NCBI GenBank assembly: GCA_051294375.1
Contig: CM119265.1
Location: 2,579,292 to 2,643,291, forward strand
Length of the DNA stretch: 64,000 nt
From: Paraspadella gotoi
Taxonomy: Eukaryota > Animalia > Chaetognatha
Reading direction: 5' to 3'
The notes under the pieces are model-generated. The model searched no databases. It worked only from the letters and a program-made list of their open reading frames with translations, and was not told the DNA's origin. Made by a program: the position numbers and the translations under genes. Each line of letters starts with the position of its first letter. The stretch's first letter is position 1. Positions 1 through 61,719 of the stretch are shown piece by piece.

Positions 1-55
1 TCCTTCCCTTTCTTTTCTTTTCCTCTCTTTCCTCCCTTTCTTTTCTTTCCTCCAG

Positions 56-47039
<46,984 letters not shown>

Positions 47040-48124
47040 ATGGGGAAGAAGGAGAGGAAGATTAGAGGCTGGAAGTGGAAGAAAGAGGAAGATTAAAAGG
47101 GGGAGAAGGAGGAGGAGGAGCGGTGCCAAGCCGTCCGAGCACTGGACCAAAAAAGGGACGGCCTTGTTGAATATCTGCAGGAAGAGGAGGAAGATTAGAA
47201 TGGGAAGAAGGAGTGAGGAGAGAAAGATTAGAAGCCCGAAATGGGAGAAAGAGGAAGAATAAAAGGGGGAGAAGGAGGAGGTAGAGGAAGATTTGTGGCC
47301 GAAATTGGGAGAAAGAGGAAGATTAAAAGGGGAAGAAGGAGGAGGGAGAGGAAGATTAGAGGCCAAAAGTGGGAGAAAGAGGAAGATTAAAAGGGGAAGA
47401 AGGAGGAGGGAGAGGGAGATTAGAAACATGAAGACTGAAGAGGGAGAAAGAGGATGTTAAAGGAAGAGGATGTTAAAGGGGAAGACGGAGGAAAGGGGGA
47501 AGATTAGAGCGAGAGAAAGGGAGGATGAGGAGGATTAGAGGTTGGCAGAGGATGAAGTGGGACTGGGGAGGATTACATTTTGAGAGGGAGGAGAAAGAGG
47601 AAGATTAGAAAGAGGAAGAAAAAAGGGATAATGGAGGAAAGACAAAGAAAAAAGTAGAGTAAGACGAAAAGAAAGAAAGTGTCTTATAGCTTTATTTATA
47701 AATACAGAAAAATTTAATTATAAAAAATATAAAATATAACAGAAAACTAATAAAAAAAATTAATAAAGATAAAAAACAAAAAAAAACAAAAAATTCTAGT
47801 TAATTGCTTAGATTTAATTTACGTTGTCATTCAAGTCTGGATCAAGCAAGTAATGTCGATTCTAATAAGAATTCTAATTGTGTCTGTGATAAAAATGCAA
47901 ACATTTGAAGAAGTTAGAAATAGAACAATTTAAATGTTGCCTTTTTTGTTGTATTATTTTTAGCTTTTGAGTTCCTCGATTTCTTCTTTTTTTAAAATGT
48001 TGGTGTATAGAATCGAACTCGCAACTTTTAGACTTCACTGCTCAGTATTCTAATCACTTGTCGGCGCCGACAACGTCATCGAATCGTACAACCTCTTTCT
48101 GAATATCGATGCTCGATGACGCAT

Positions 48125-48500
48125 GGGATGACGTCACGTCTGGTTCTTCCGTTGAGCTTATTGGTCGGCCATTTGGAATACTCGACGCTGATTGGTGGGA
48201 GTCGTTTGATTAAAAGTACAGCGTGTTATAGAAACGTGAGTGAAGCCCGCGCGATTTGAAAGGACGTCGCTGATTGGAGGAGAGAGACGATCGCTTTACC
48301 CGCTTTAAAAGGGAGATTCGGTTTGACCCCAATTTCGCGCTCTGATTGGTCGAAAGGGAAAGCTTCGTGAATCTTAAAACGAAAAGAGATTGGCTAGCGA
48401 TCACGGAGCTCCGATTCTGATTGGACGGTTTATTCAGTCATTCGTGAAGAGATGTGATTGGTCCGCCAAAGCTTGGGTAGACTCGTCTTTTGATTGGTTG
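48125..48500. promoter_or_regulatory. CCAAT-box cluster with CRE, CDE/CHR-like and E2F-like motifs
   Basis: Eight co-oriented ATTGG (48160-48493), TGACGTCA 48129, CGCGCGATTTGAA 48248, TTTCGCGC 48333; CpG-rich. Confidence 0.6.
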
Positions 48501-49500
48501 ATATAATAGAATTTTGGGGAGGAGGAGGAGGAGGAAGAGGAGGAGAGACAGAAGGGATGTAGTAAAATCCTTTTCTATCGTCTGGATCTGTGGCTATTAT
48601 GAGGAAGGAGCTGGAAGGGGAGGATTAGAGAATGGAAAAAGGGGGAGGAGGCGGAGAAGAGGAAAAGGGGGAGGAGGGAGGAAGAGAAAAAGGGGGAGGA
48701 GGGAGGAAGAGGAAAAGGAGAGGAGGGAGGAAGAGGAAAAGGGGGAGGAGGAGGAAGAAGAAAAGGGGGAGGAGGAGGAAGAGGAAAAGGGGAGGAGGCA
48801 GAAGAGGAAAAGGGGGAGGAAGGAGGAAGAGGAAAATAAGATATAGGGTATAAAGGGGAAAAAGAAAAATTTAAAATAGGAATAGGACAGTTAAAAGAGA
48901 GAAAACTGGATGGATAGATAATATGGGTTTTTTCTGGTAAAATTGTATTTTTTATCAAATTCTAACGATAATAATTTTAATAATAACCAGTAAATTCTAT
49001 TCAAAATTTGGTTATTTAAAAATAAAAAAAGCCGGCTGAATAATTTGATAACAAATATTTAAATTATTTATTTAAAAATTTAGGAAAGAAAAAAGAGAAA
49101 AAGAAAAAAAAAAGAAAAAAGTCTTCAATTGATGATTGTTTTTCGTGTGGATAATATTTTATGTGTGATTTGTGAATTCATCACGAGAAGCGAGTAGGAT
49201 CCTTTGGAACTTGATTCATGGCCGGGTAATTCATGTCGTGAATTTTGATTCAGAACTGAGAGTCGAATGAGGATTCGTGAATCACAGGAGAATAGTTGAA
49301 ATGTGTGAATGGATAATGAAGAAAAATGAAACATCCAATTTCATTCTCTTTGAAATGAATTAAATGTATTTAAATGTTATATGCTATATGTTATGTGGAT
49401 TCCTTTCTCGTTCAACACTCGACGTCAATACATGTGGTCCTCAACCCGAAAACAAGGTTAGTCGACTAACGTCATTTGACGCGATTCTCAAAGACCGTGT

Positions 49501-49537
<37 letters not shown>

Positions 49538-49582
49538 GGGACGATGTTCCACCGTGATTCTCTTAGGAAGAGGAGGAGAGAG

Positions 49583-49646
<64 letters not shown>

Positions 49647-49927
49647 AGAAAATAAAATCAGATATAAAAAAAAAAAAAACGAGGGCGTCGGTTTTCATAT
49701 TTTTTTTCATTTTCAGGTAAAACGTGAGGTTTTTTTCAAATCAAAAGTGTCACCACTATTTCCATCTCTCAATGGGGCATCGAAATAAAGATGGAACGAG
49801 GAAGACGACGACGACGACGACGATGCCTTCACAGGACGTCAAAGAGGAAAGAGGAGGAGGAGGAGGAGGAAGAAGAAAACGGCCGGGGAGAAAGGGAGGA
49901 AAGACGAGGATATTATACGACACGAGC

Positions 49928-50024
<97 letters not shown>

Positions 50025-50144
50025 TGAAGCCTCACAACATCTCGCGGTTTCACGACGACAGCGTGAAAACGAAAACAGAGAGCAAGAGAGAGAGAGAGAC
50101 ACACTGAATTGGTTCGTAACTAGGGACGTCGAGTGGCAACTGTC

Positions 50145-50194
50145 GTCGTCATGGTAACGGCGTTTAAAGACGTCGGTTGGTTTTCCATGGTAAC
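50145..50194. promoter_or_regulatory. Paired RFX X-box-like motifs
   Basis: GTCGTCATGGTAAC (50145-50158) and GTTTTCCATGGTAAC (50180-50194). Confidence 0.5.
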
Positions 50195-50453
50195 GACGAA
50201 CGAGTTATTTTTTTTTTCGGCTCTCTTATGTCACCATGTGTCAACGTCGACTCTGCGTTTTTTATTAATCTTCCTCACGAATTTTTATAAATATTCTATT
50301 TGCTATCGATTTTAGTCTTATTTTCGAAGCAACGATGATCTATATGAATTGGAAAACAACAAACATTCCTTGGCAACAAATTAAAAAAAAAAAAAAAAAA
50401 AAAAAACAAACCAAAAACCGACGAAGGTTGTTCTAACATTTTCAGCACATGGA

Positions 50454-50862
50454 CGGGCTCTCTTTTTCCAGAGCGTCCAATTTCTGTTCCTTTATCCCGG
50501 ATATTTAATGTAAACATATTCTAAATTTATTACAAAATATTTCACGCTTATCACTAACCCTAATCTAGTCCCTTCACCTAATTTTAAACCCTAACCCTAA
50601 ACTGTTACCCTTAATTTTTAACCCTGACCCGGTATTAACTAATAAACTCTGCCGTTGTTACGATCAAAACAAACGTTTTCCTAACCCTGACCCTTAAACC
50701 TAAACCCTAATCACTAACCCTCATTGCTAACCTAATCCCTAACTTTAATCCTTAATCCCTTACCTAATACTTAACTCTAACCTTTAGCCTACTTTTTAAC
50801 TTGAAAAAATAAGTTAATTTAAAATTTAAAGTGAAATGGGGCCTTCTGGTAAAATAAAGCCG
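50454..50862. mobile_element. MITE-like element with telomere-like interior (same family as 12012-12469)
   Basis: CGGGCTCTCTTTTTCCAGAGCG ... ATGGGGCCTTCTGGTAAAATAAAGCCG with internal CCCTAA repeats. Confidence 0.65.
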
Positions 50863-50987
50863 TTGGTTTGTTTGTTTGTTTGTCTTTTGCTTATTTGTGT
50901 TTGATCCCTTCATTGTTTTTCTCTCTTCTTGTCTAGACGCGTCTGTCCACTTATCTATATCCAAAGAGAGACCGGTTATTACAAGCG

Positions 50988-51037
<50 letters not shown>

Positions 51038-51557
51038 GAGAAAAAAAAAGTCACTGGAAACCAATTAAATCGATCGCCCAAGAATATTCATTTTTTTTTT
51101 TCACTTAATCACTTTGTTTCATCATCGCTTCATCAATATTCATTAAGATCTTTTGTTTTTTTCCTACTTCTTCTCTGGATTAATTTTCCCGAGAGAAAAA
51201 CGTAGAGCGCCTCTAACGGTGAGTACAGAAGACAAAAAAAAAAAAAAACTGCTGATCGGAAAACAAAAGGGATCGATTCACTTTTATTGCGAGAAACGAA
51301 CAATTTTAAATGGAAGACGCTGAGTGTAAAGATTTCGATCGGCGTTCCTCGTTACGCTTCGAACGTTTAAAATTGCAGAGTTGCGGAAAAAAAAGCTTAA
51401 AGATAGTAAATAGCTGAACGATTCTAATGATTAATGGTCTTTACAAAATGGTACAAAATTAACTAAACAATTTATATTTATAGCCACGATACTCATTTTA
51501 TCGAGACTAAATTTTAAACTACAAATTTGTCTATTCACGTTAAGATTATTTTTAAAC

Positions 51558-51611
<54 letters not shown>

Positions 51612-51939
51612 ACTGTCATTGCGAGTCTTGAAGTTTTTGTTTTTTTCATCCAATATTACTTGTTGATTGAATTGATTCAATTTCTATTCTTAAACTGGTT
51701 TCATAATCACGTCACAACGTTTTTAACAGTCTGTAGCTCTTTAAATCTTTTTAGTAATTTTTGATTAATTTTTTCCTTTTTTTAGTATCACGTACTAACA
51801 ATTTGAAATTCTGTACATAGTTCTTAAAATTTTGGATTTTCACGTTTTAAAAATTAATTTTTTACCATTAACTTAGTTTTCGTAAACGAAATGACCTCAT
51901 GGGCCACAGTAAATTGCGCCCCGGTTTAGTCTATTTCAT

Positions 51940-52044
<105 letters not shown>

Positions 52045-52173
52045 GCATCGACGAAAGAGTTGGGCGTCGCCTCGTGCCGTTCTTGGAGGCGCCGTGGACA
52101 ACCGGACGCGCGGATCAAGATATTTCATTTATTTTTGTTATATGATGCATTGATTGAAAGAAAGAAAGAAAAA

Positions 52174-52217
<44 letters not shown>

Positions 52218-52507
52218 GACAGAGAAAATTGAACCTATGATTGTTTTAATCCAAAATAAACATTGTCGGCGTGGTTTTTATAATTTACGATACAATTTTG
52301 ACTCTAACAATAATGAACATTAATGTGAAATGTGAAAAAAATTCATAAATTAAGCAAAAAATTAATTAGTGGATGGAAATTTCAAATATCAGATCAATAA
52401 ATATAAAAATGGTAATGAATGGGCTTAACGAATAAAATTTTGAGACTTAGAAAACTAACGAACAAAAAGAGGAAAATCAATAAAGAAATGCATAGGAGAA
52501 AAAGAGA

Positions 52508-52548
<41 letters not shown>

Positions 52549-53810
52549 CGACACTGGAACGGCGGCCAAGGAAGAGAGAGAGAGAGGGCGTCTCTCCTTA
52601 AACGTAAATCGATTCCAGTCTTTCGCTTCTTTGCATAATTCATTAATTGTTTTTCCATCGTCGTCTTGGTCTTGATTGTCGCCGTGGTCCGTGGTTGAAG
52701 CCGTGGTGGTCCGTGGTTGAAGCCGTGGTGGTCCGTGGTNNNNNNNNNNNNNNNNNNNNNNNNNCTTTTTATATTATTCGTATAAATTTTTTAAATAAGT
52801 TAAGTAAAAATATGCCTGGTCTTCTATTTTTGGTTTCTTTTTCCGTGTGATCGTTTTTTCTCTTGTATTTCCATATATTTGATAGTTTTGTTGAAATGGT
52901 ACAAATCTCCATATACCTTTTTAATCTACCATTTAATCCAAAAGAGTAAAAAGAATTGAAAATTTTCTTTCCAATATGCTTCCCTTTCTAGTCTTAATTA
53001 TTTTGATTTATTATATTATTCATTGGTCTAATTTTTTCTATTGGTATAATTCTTAAGTTTTCTAGACATGATTTTCATTGTTAAAATGTGGATGGATAAT
53101 TGAGACTTTTTTCCTGACCTATAGAATGTTTATGACCGTTAAACCTTATTCTTAAACTATTTTTGTTTTCCTATATATTGCATTGAACATATATGACATT
53201 ATATTAAATATATTATATTTTCTGTATTACAATTTAAAATATTTGAGCCATTTAATATGGAAAATATGTACATTTGTTTGATTAGATTAAAAAAATACAT
53301 TCTTGAATAAAGGGGAACAAGTGCCGCCACCTACTTTTGGTTGCACTTTTGTATATTTTGAATTAAAGCCATAGTGTTAACAAGAAGAAGTATGATATAT
53401 TTTTATGAAAATATTATTATAATATTATTCATATTTTGATTTCAGTAATATTGAAAAAAGGAAAATACCATTAAGATAAAATCGGGGAACATTTCCATGC
53501 TCCGCCAGCATTAATAATCAAGGTACTAATATTATATGAAAAATTTTCAAATTCTTGTTTCACTATTTTTCATTTTTCTATTTAATATTTTAATATTTTT
53601 ATGAGGATTTAGTATTAATCTATATTATTTATTCAAAATATATTGCTTTCTTTTTTAAAAAATGTTTTATTTATCTAATAATACAATTGGGAAGGGGGAA
53701 GTCAGTGTTGTCTCAGGGAAATAGAGGGAAGCATCTATACAACACAAGGTTAGATTACTATCTGTCCTAGTTTTCTAATAGATATCACACATCATTCTGT
53801 TAGAAAGTCC

Positions 53811-56635
53811 TATATTTTTTTTGCCACGTAGAATATTTTTTAAAATTCGCGATTAAATTCGTGGAAATTCTTCCACAAATTTACTTTGTTAGTTTGTATC
53901 ATAACAATATCAATATAATAATAACAATATCATAACATTAAGCATTTTCACCATGTGCATTGTGCAATGTGCAATGAACATCAGTGGAAATGTCCAAACT
54001 TGTATGAATTATTCAGATGAGTAGAACCAATGAAATGATGGCCTAAACCATTGAAGTTTTGGGTCTAACGACTCTCGACGTTTTGCATAACGAAGCCATA
54101 GGAGTGGCTAACATGTTATATGGACGACGATGACGAAGACGACGACGATGAAGATGTCACAATATAAATACACTCTTGTGAAAAAAAAAATCTCACCAGT
54201 TTATAACATTCAATTTGAGTCGAGGTATAATTGTATCGTTTTCTTTCTTTTCCTTGTTATCAAGATTATTGAGATTAGGAGATGAGGCGCTGTATAAAAT
54301 TATTTTTAAAAATTTTATAAGCTTCAGAATCATTGACCTGTCATTCATTATGTTTTTTAATAATTATCATTGATTATTATTAATTATTATTTAGGAACTG
54401 GGTCAAACCAGTTGTCCAGCTATCCCTCCGGATGTCCAGTCTAATTTATTTTTTTATTTTTAATCTTATACAAGGAACGCAAAATATTTTTTTTAAAAAT
54501 ACAAATATATTGGGTGATTTTTTTGTGAATGACTGTATATCTTGCGACTGTATATGGTTGTAGCCGTGGTGATTAAGGCGTAGTGAAAGTTACAATACGA
54601 AAATTCTAAAAGTCAATTATGAACAACAACCATCAGTGAACATTAATTTGTAAAAAAAATAATTTTATGTTTTTTAATTTTCGCAGTAGGCTATATTTAT
54701 ATATAGTACTATCCTTATAAAATCGAAAAATTTCAAAATAGGCTTTTCTTAATTTTGATTGCAGATTTGAATTTCTCGTCAAAAGTTGATAAAAGAAAAT
54801 ATAAATCATTTTTTAAAAATTCTTTCATTAAGTGGGTTAAAAAATTAAAAAAACTATATTTAATATATAAAAAGTTAATTTTCAGCTTAAAATATAGCTT
54901 TTTTTAATTTTGACCCACTTAATGAAGGAATTTTTCAAAAAGAGTTATATTTCTTTTATCAACTTTTTATGACGAATCCAAATCTGTAAAAAAATCTTGG
55001 AAAAAACTATTTTGAAATTTTAACATTTATTGGTTTAGTACTAGTATAAATATGGCCTACAGCGTAAATTGTAAAATTTATTATAATTTTTTTTATATAA
55101 ATGTTCATAAGTATAATGTTGTTCGTTCCTCACTTTTAGAATTTTAATTAAAGTTAAACTTAGGAATTTTACTACGCCTTAGTGGTGATACACCACGGCT
55201 ACAAGTGGTGGTCCGTGGTTGAAGCCGTGGTGGTCCGTGGTTGTAGCCGTGGTGTATCACCACTAAGGCGTAGTAAAATTCCTAAGTTTAACTTTAATTA
55301 AATTCTAAAGTGAGGAACGAACAACATTATACTTATGAACATTTATATATAAATTTTATAATAAATTTTACAATTTACGCTGTAGGCCATATTTATACTA
55401 GTACTAAACCAATAAATGTTAAAATTTCAAAATAGTTTTTTCCAAGATTTTTTTTACAGATTTGGATTCGTCATAAAAAGTTGATAAAAAGAAATATAAC
55501 TCTTTTTGAAAAATTCCTTCATTAAGTGGGTCAAAAATTAAAAAAAGCTATATTAAAGCTGAAAATTAACTTTTTATATATTAAATATAGTTTTTTTAAT
55601 TTTTTAACCCACTTAATGAAAGAATTTTTAAAAAATGATTTATATTTTCTTTTATCAACTTTTGACGAGAAATTCAAATCTGCAATCAAAATTAAGAAAA
55701 GCCTATTTTGAAATTTTTCGATTTTATAAGGATAGTACTATATATAATATAGCCTACTGCGAAAATTAAAAACAAATAAAATTATTTTTTTACAAATTAT
55801 GTTCACTGATGGTATGTTGTTCATAATTGACTTTTAGAATTTTCGTATGTAACTTTCACTACGCCTTAATCACCACGGCTACAACCATATACAGTCGCAA
55901 GATATACAGTCATTCACAAAAAAATCACCCAAATATATTTGTATTTTTTAAAAAAATATTTTGCGTTCCTTGTTATAGATTAAAATAAAAAAAATAAATT
56001 AGACTGGACATCCGGAGGGATAGCTGGACAACTGGTTTGACCCAGTTCCCTAAATAATAATTAATAATAATCAATGATAATTATTAAAAAACATAATGAA
56101 TGACAGGTCAATGATTCTGAAGCTTATAAAATTTTTAAAAATAATTTTATACAGCGCCTCATCTCCTAATCTCAATAATCTTGATAACAAGGAAAAGAAA
56201 GAAAACGATACAATTATACCTCGACTCAAATTGAATGTTATAAACTGTGAGATTTTTTTTTTCACAAGAGTGTATTTATATTGTGAAACTCTTCATCGTC
56301 GTCGTCTTCGTCATCGTCGTCCATTAAACATGTTAGCCACTCCTATGGCTTTCGTTATGCAAAAACGTCAGAGAGTCGTTAGACGCCAAAACTTCAATGG
56401 TTTAGGCCATCATTTCATTGGTTTACCTCATCTGAATAATTCATACAAGTTGGGACATTTCACCTGATGTTCATTGCACATTGCACAATGCACATGGTGA
56501 AAATGCTTAATGTTATGATATTGTTATTATTATATTGATATTGTTAGGATACAAACTAACAAAGTAAATTGTGGAAGAATTTCCACGAATTTAATCGCGA
56601 ATTTTAAAAAATATTCTACGTGGCAAAAAAAATAT
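53811..56635. repeat. ~1.4-kb-arm inverted repeat (arms ~53811-55204 and ~55241-56635)
   Basis: Arms are near-identical reverse complements around a 36-nt spacer of GCCGTGGTGGTCCGTGGTT repeats. Confidence 0.9.
54573..55182. mobile_element. Foldback MITE with TTAA-type ends (Kolobok-like); inverted copy at ~55263-55870
   Basis: TTAA-GGCGTAGT ... ACTACGCC-TTAG; interior is an imperfect ~600-bp palindrome. Confidence 0.6.
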
Positions 56636-57301
56636 ACGTAATAAATAGAATATACGTACTGATATATACTATTCTCTATTACGCCAACCCAAAGCCACCC
56701 GTGTGATGGCTGCTTTCCCAGAGTGCTCTCTCACTTCCTCCCAGTGATCTCTCACTTCCTCCCAGTGCTCTCTCACTTCCTTACAGTGCTCGTCGTCGTA
56801 ATTATCATCGTCTTTGTCGTCTTCGTCATCATCATAATTATTTTTTTCGTCGTCGTCGTCATCGTCATCATAGTCTTCGTTATCGTTTCCATCGTTGTCA
56901 TCATTATCAACATTATCGTCGTCGTCGGCATCATTCTTTTCGTCGTCATCTTCGTCATCGTAGTCGTCGTCGTGATCAACATTATTATGGGCGTTGTCGT
57001 TGTTGTTGTTGTTCTGGTTGTCGCTATTTTTTTGATGTTGTTCTTATACTTTTCAGTTTCCAAAACTAAAAGCCCTGACGTTGAGTCGGCGATTCTCTTC
57101 CACATTCAAGTCATGAATTTAAATCCTAACAACTCGACCAATATCTTGGGAAATGAGGAAGGAGTGAGAAAAGAGGGAGGAGGAAGAGGAGGTGGAGGAG
57201 GAGGAGGAGGAAGAGGAGCGTCGTCGATGTTTGATTTGGTTCGAGTTTTAATGAGAAGAACAAACGAACGATTTTTTTATGAGAGGAAGTCAACAAGGTT
57301 G

Positions 57302-57336
<35 letters not shown>

Positions 57337-57430
57337 NNNNNNNNNNNNNNNNNNNNNNNNNNNNNNNNNNNNNNNNNNNNNNNNNNNNNNNNNNNNNNNN
57401 NNNNNNNNNNNNNNNNNNNNNNNNNNNNNN

Positions 57431-57465
<35 letters not shown>

Positions 57466-57992
57466 AATTAAATTTTAAATTTCTGTCTTGGCCTAAAACG
57501 TTATGTATAACATACATACATACAAAAATCTCTTGCTAAGAAGTTGGTAATTTAACTTAGTTTTTTGGGTTTTTTCTTTAAATATTTGGTTGCTAACAAA
57601 TGCTAACAACTTTTGCCAATTGTCCATAATTAAGTTTTAAAGGAAGAATTTTTTTTTTAATCTAAAGGTTCGTGACCTCTTGAACCACCGAGCTAAATTG
57701 TTATACTATTTATTAAAATTAAAAGTAAAAATTTAAAACTCCCAAATCTTTTTCTCGAGACCAACAAATTATTCGCCATTTGCAAAAATAAAAAAAAAAC
57801 ATCGTGGTCGATGATCCCTCGAAATTTGGTCCGCTTTAAGTTTCAGGTATCGTAAAATAATAAATCGTCAAATAAAACTAAATTGTTTTGAATTAAAACG
57901 ATAATATATAATTAGTATATAAATAAATAAAGAATCAAGAATTAAAAATGTTTTAAAAGAGAAATCGTACGTATAATTTTTTNNNNNNNNNN

Positions 57993-60460
57993 CACTACGC
58001 CTTAATCACCACGGCTACAACCATATACAGTCGCAAGATATACAGTCATTCACAAAAAAATCACCCAATATATTTGTATTTTTTAAAAAAATATTTTGCG
58101 TTCCTTGTATAAGATTAAAAATAAAAAAATAAATTAGACTGGACATCCGGAGGGATAGCTGGACAACTGGTTTGACCCAGTTCCCTAAATAATAATTAAT
58201 AATAATCAATGATAATTATTAAAAAACATAATGAATGACAGGTCAATGATTCTGAAGCTTATAAAATTTTTAAAAATAATTTTATACAGCGCCTCATCTC
58301 CTAATCTCAATAATCTTGATAACAAGGAAAAGAAAGAAAACGATACAATTATACCTCGACTCAAATTGAATGTTATAAACTGGTGAGATTTTTTTTTTCA
58401 CAAGAGTGTATTTATATTGTGAACATCTTCATCGTCGTCGTCTTCGTCATCGTCGTCCATTAAACATGTTAGCCACTCCTATGGCTTCGTTATGCAAAAA
58501 CGTCAAGAGTCGTTAGACGCCAAAACTTCAATGGTTTAGGCCATCATTTCATTGGTTCTACCTCATCTGAATAATTCATACAAGTTTGGACATTTCCACT
58601 GATGTTCATTGCACATTGCACAATGCACATGGTGAAAATGCTTAATGTTATGATATTGTTATTATTATATTGATATTGTTATGATACAAACTAACAAAGT
58701 AAATTTGTGGAAGAATTTCCACGAATTTAATCGCGAATTTTAAAAAATATTCTACGTGGCAAAAAAAATATACGTAATAAATAGAATATACGTACTGATA
58801 TATACTATTCCTACTATGTACGCCAACCCAAAAGCCACCGTGTGATGGCTGCTTTCCCGGCACAGAGCTCTCCCACTTCTCCCAGTGATCTCTCACTTTC
58901 CTCCAGTGCTCTCTCACTTCCCTTACAGTGCTCGTCGTCTAATTATCATCGTCTTGTCGTCTTCGTCATCATCATAATTATTTTTTTCGTCGTCGTCGCA
59001 TCGTCATCAATAGTCTTCGTTATCGTTTCCATCGTTGTCATCATATCACATTATCGTCGTCGTCGCATCATTCTTTTCGTCTCATCTTCGTCATCGTAGT
59101 CGTCGTCGTGATGCAACATTATTATGGGCGTTTGTCGTTGTTGTTGTGTGTTCTGGTTGTCGCTATTTTTTTTGATGTTGTTCTTATACTTTTCAGTTTC
59201 CAAAACTAAAAGCCCTGACGTTGAGTCGGCGATTCTCTTCCACATTCAAGTCATGAAATTTAAATCCTAACAACTCGACCAATATCTTGGGAAATGAGGA
59301 AGTGAGTNNNNNNNNNNNNNNNNNNNNNNNNNAGAGAGAGATGAATGAAGGTCAATGATTCTGAGCTTATAAAATTTTTAAAAATAATTTTATACAGCGC
59401 CTCATCTCCTAATCTCAATAATCTTGATAACAAGGAAAAGAAGAAAACGATACAATTATACCTCGACTCAAATTGAATGTTATAAACTGGTGAGATTTTT
59501 TTTTGCACAAGAGTGTATTTATATTGTGAACATCTTCATCGTCGTCGTCTTCGTCATCGTCGTCCATTAAACATGTTAGCCACTCCTATGGCTTCGTTAT
59601 GCAAAAACGTCGAGAGTCGTTAGACGCCAAAACTTCAATGGTTTAGGCCATCATTTCATTGGTTTTACCTCATCTGAATAATTCATACAAGTTTGGACAT
59701 TTCACTGATGTTCATTGCACATTGCACAATGCACATGGTGAAAATGCTTAATGTTTATGAATATTGTTATTATATTATATTGATATTGTTAGGATACAAA
59801 CTAACAAAGTAAATCTGTGGAAGAATTTCCACGAATTTAATCGCGAATTTTAAAAAAATATTCTACGTGGCAAAAAAAATATACGTAATAAATAGAATAT
59901 ACGTACTGATATATACTATTCCTCTATGTACGCCAACCCAAAAGCCACCGTGTGATGGCTGCTTTCCCAGAGTGCTCTCTCACTTCCTCCCAGTGATCTC
60001 TCACTTCCTCCGAGTGTCTCTCACTTCCTTACAGTGCCGTCGTCGTCATTATCATTGTCGTTTGTCGTCTTCGTCATCATCATAATTATTCTTTTCGTCG
60101 TCGTCGCACCGTCATCATAGTCTTCGTTATCGTTTCATCGCTGTCATCATATCAACATTATCGTCGTCGTCGGCATCATTCTTTTCGTCTCATCTTCGTC
60201 ATCGTAGTCGTCGTCGTCATGATCAACATTATTATGGCCGTTTGTTGTCGTTGTTGTAGTTGTTCTGGTTGTCGCTATTTTTTTTGATGTTGTTCTTATA
60301 CTTTTCAGTTTTCCAAAAGCTAAAAGCCCTGACGTTGAGTCGGCGATTCTCTTCCAACATTCAAGTCATGAAATTTAAATCCTAACAACTCGACCAATAT
60401 CTGGGGAATGAGGAAGGAGTGAGAGAAGAGGGAGGAGGAGGAGGAGGAGGAGGAGGAAGA
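57993..60460 (+). other. Two further direct copies of ~55855-57190 adjacent to gaps (probable redundancy); 63155-63880 likewise repeats 57225-57980
   Basis: Near-identical sequence differing by indels, bounded by N gaps. Confidence 0.75.
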
Positions 60461-61719
60461 GGCATATAGAGCTACCCTGTTGAGGAGTGTGATTCCGACT
60501 ACCTCCAACTGGTCGATGATACCATGACTGATGAATTCACCCTCCTCATTTGGTATTAAATACACTCCTCTACTTTTGAAAGGCATCTTTCTCCTCCTCC
60601 TCCTACTCGCTCCTCCTACTCCTCCTCTTTATGAATTCATCAGGGATTTCAAATAATAAATTCATAATACCGCAGATAAGGAAGATGATTCTTTAGGTGA
60701 ATCCATAGATGTATTCATGTGAGAGAAAGAAAGATTTGATCTCGTATGAGTAAAACATGTCCAGCTCTCGCTACCCAATCTGATAAGTTTAGTGTAGCTA
60801 ATAGTAATTCTCTTTTCCACAATGAATTCATTCCTCAAAATCATATTCGAAATCAATGATTTCATAGAATAAAACACTTGAATTATATTCATTGCAGAGT
60901 GTATAAGTTTGTGTTCAATTATGTGATGGTGTTTTCTCTGATGAATCAAACATGTATTCATTTGATAGGTAAATATATTTCTTCTGCTTTGAGTGTAAAA
61001 TACTTATACTGTTACGGTTATGTGTTAAGATTGAAAAGGATAGATTATCCGTCTCAATGATTCAAATTTCAAAATAATGTAAGAAATCATGATTCCCCTT
61101 AGTTACTATAGTGTGTCAACTGAAATAATAAATAAAATAAATTAAATAAATAAATAAAAATAAATTATTCCTGGAATATTATTAAGTTAGACAATGCAAC
61201 ATTTTGTTCTTTTGTTTTTTTCATTTAAGTTAGTTTAAAATTATCAATCTCGTTTAGAAAATTTGTGCCAGGTCCGCTTGTAAACATTTTTTATTGGGTT
61301 TGAAAAGGGGTATTTTTTTTCTCTTTTTGACGACGATTCAAAATGCCATATCTCGGCCTTGAATTATCTAATTTACAAAAATTATATATTTAGAATCCTT
61401 GTCTTAACCTTGTCTTAACTCTTTTTATAATAATATAAAAAATTGAAATTTGATAAAGTATTAATAAATACTTTTTTAAAGTATATCTTAATAAATAATA
61501 TCAATATTGAAAATAAAGTTATAAAATTTTCCAAAAATAAGCTTAAGTTAAAGGCTTATTACAAATGTAATTGTTATGCACTTAAAACAATAAAAAAATA
61601 CTTACCTAGTAAGGAGAAATTTAGTAAAGTAGAAAAATCTTTAATCCCGAATAATTGACAAGTATTCAGTGAATGAGTGAGTGAAAAATATTTTAATACT
61701 TTTCCGTTATTGAGACGTG

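Noticed and set aside
48001-48063. tRNA-like sequence on the minus strand with B box GAGTTCGATTC
   Set aside because: Stems do not pair; at most a decayed tRNA or SINE remnant
56723-57478. 251-aa Val/Ile-rich membrane-like ORF
   Set aside because: Derived from (GTC/ATC)n microsatellite; frame not preserved in the other copies
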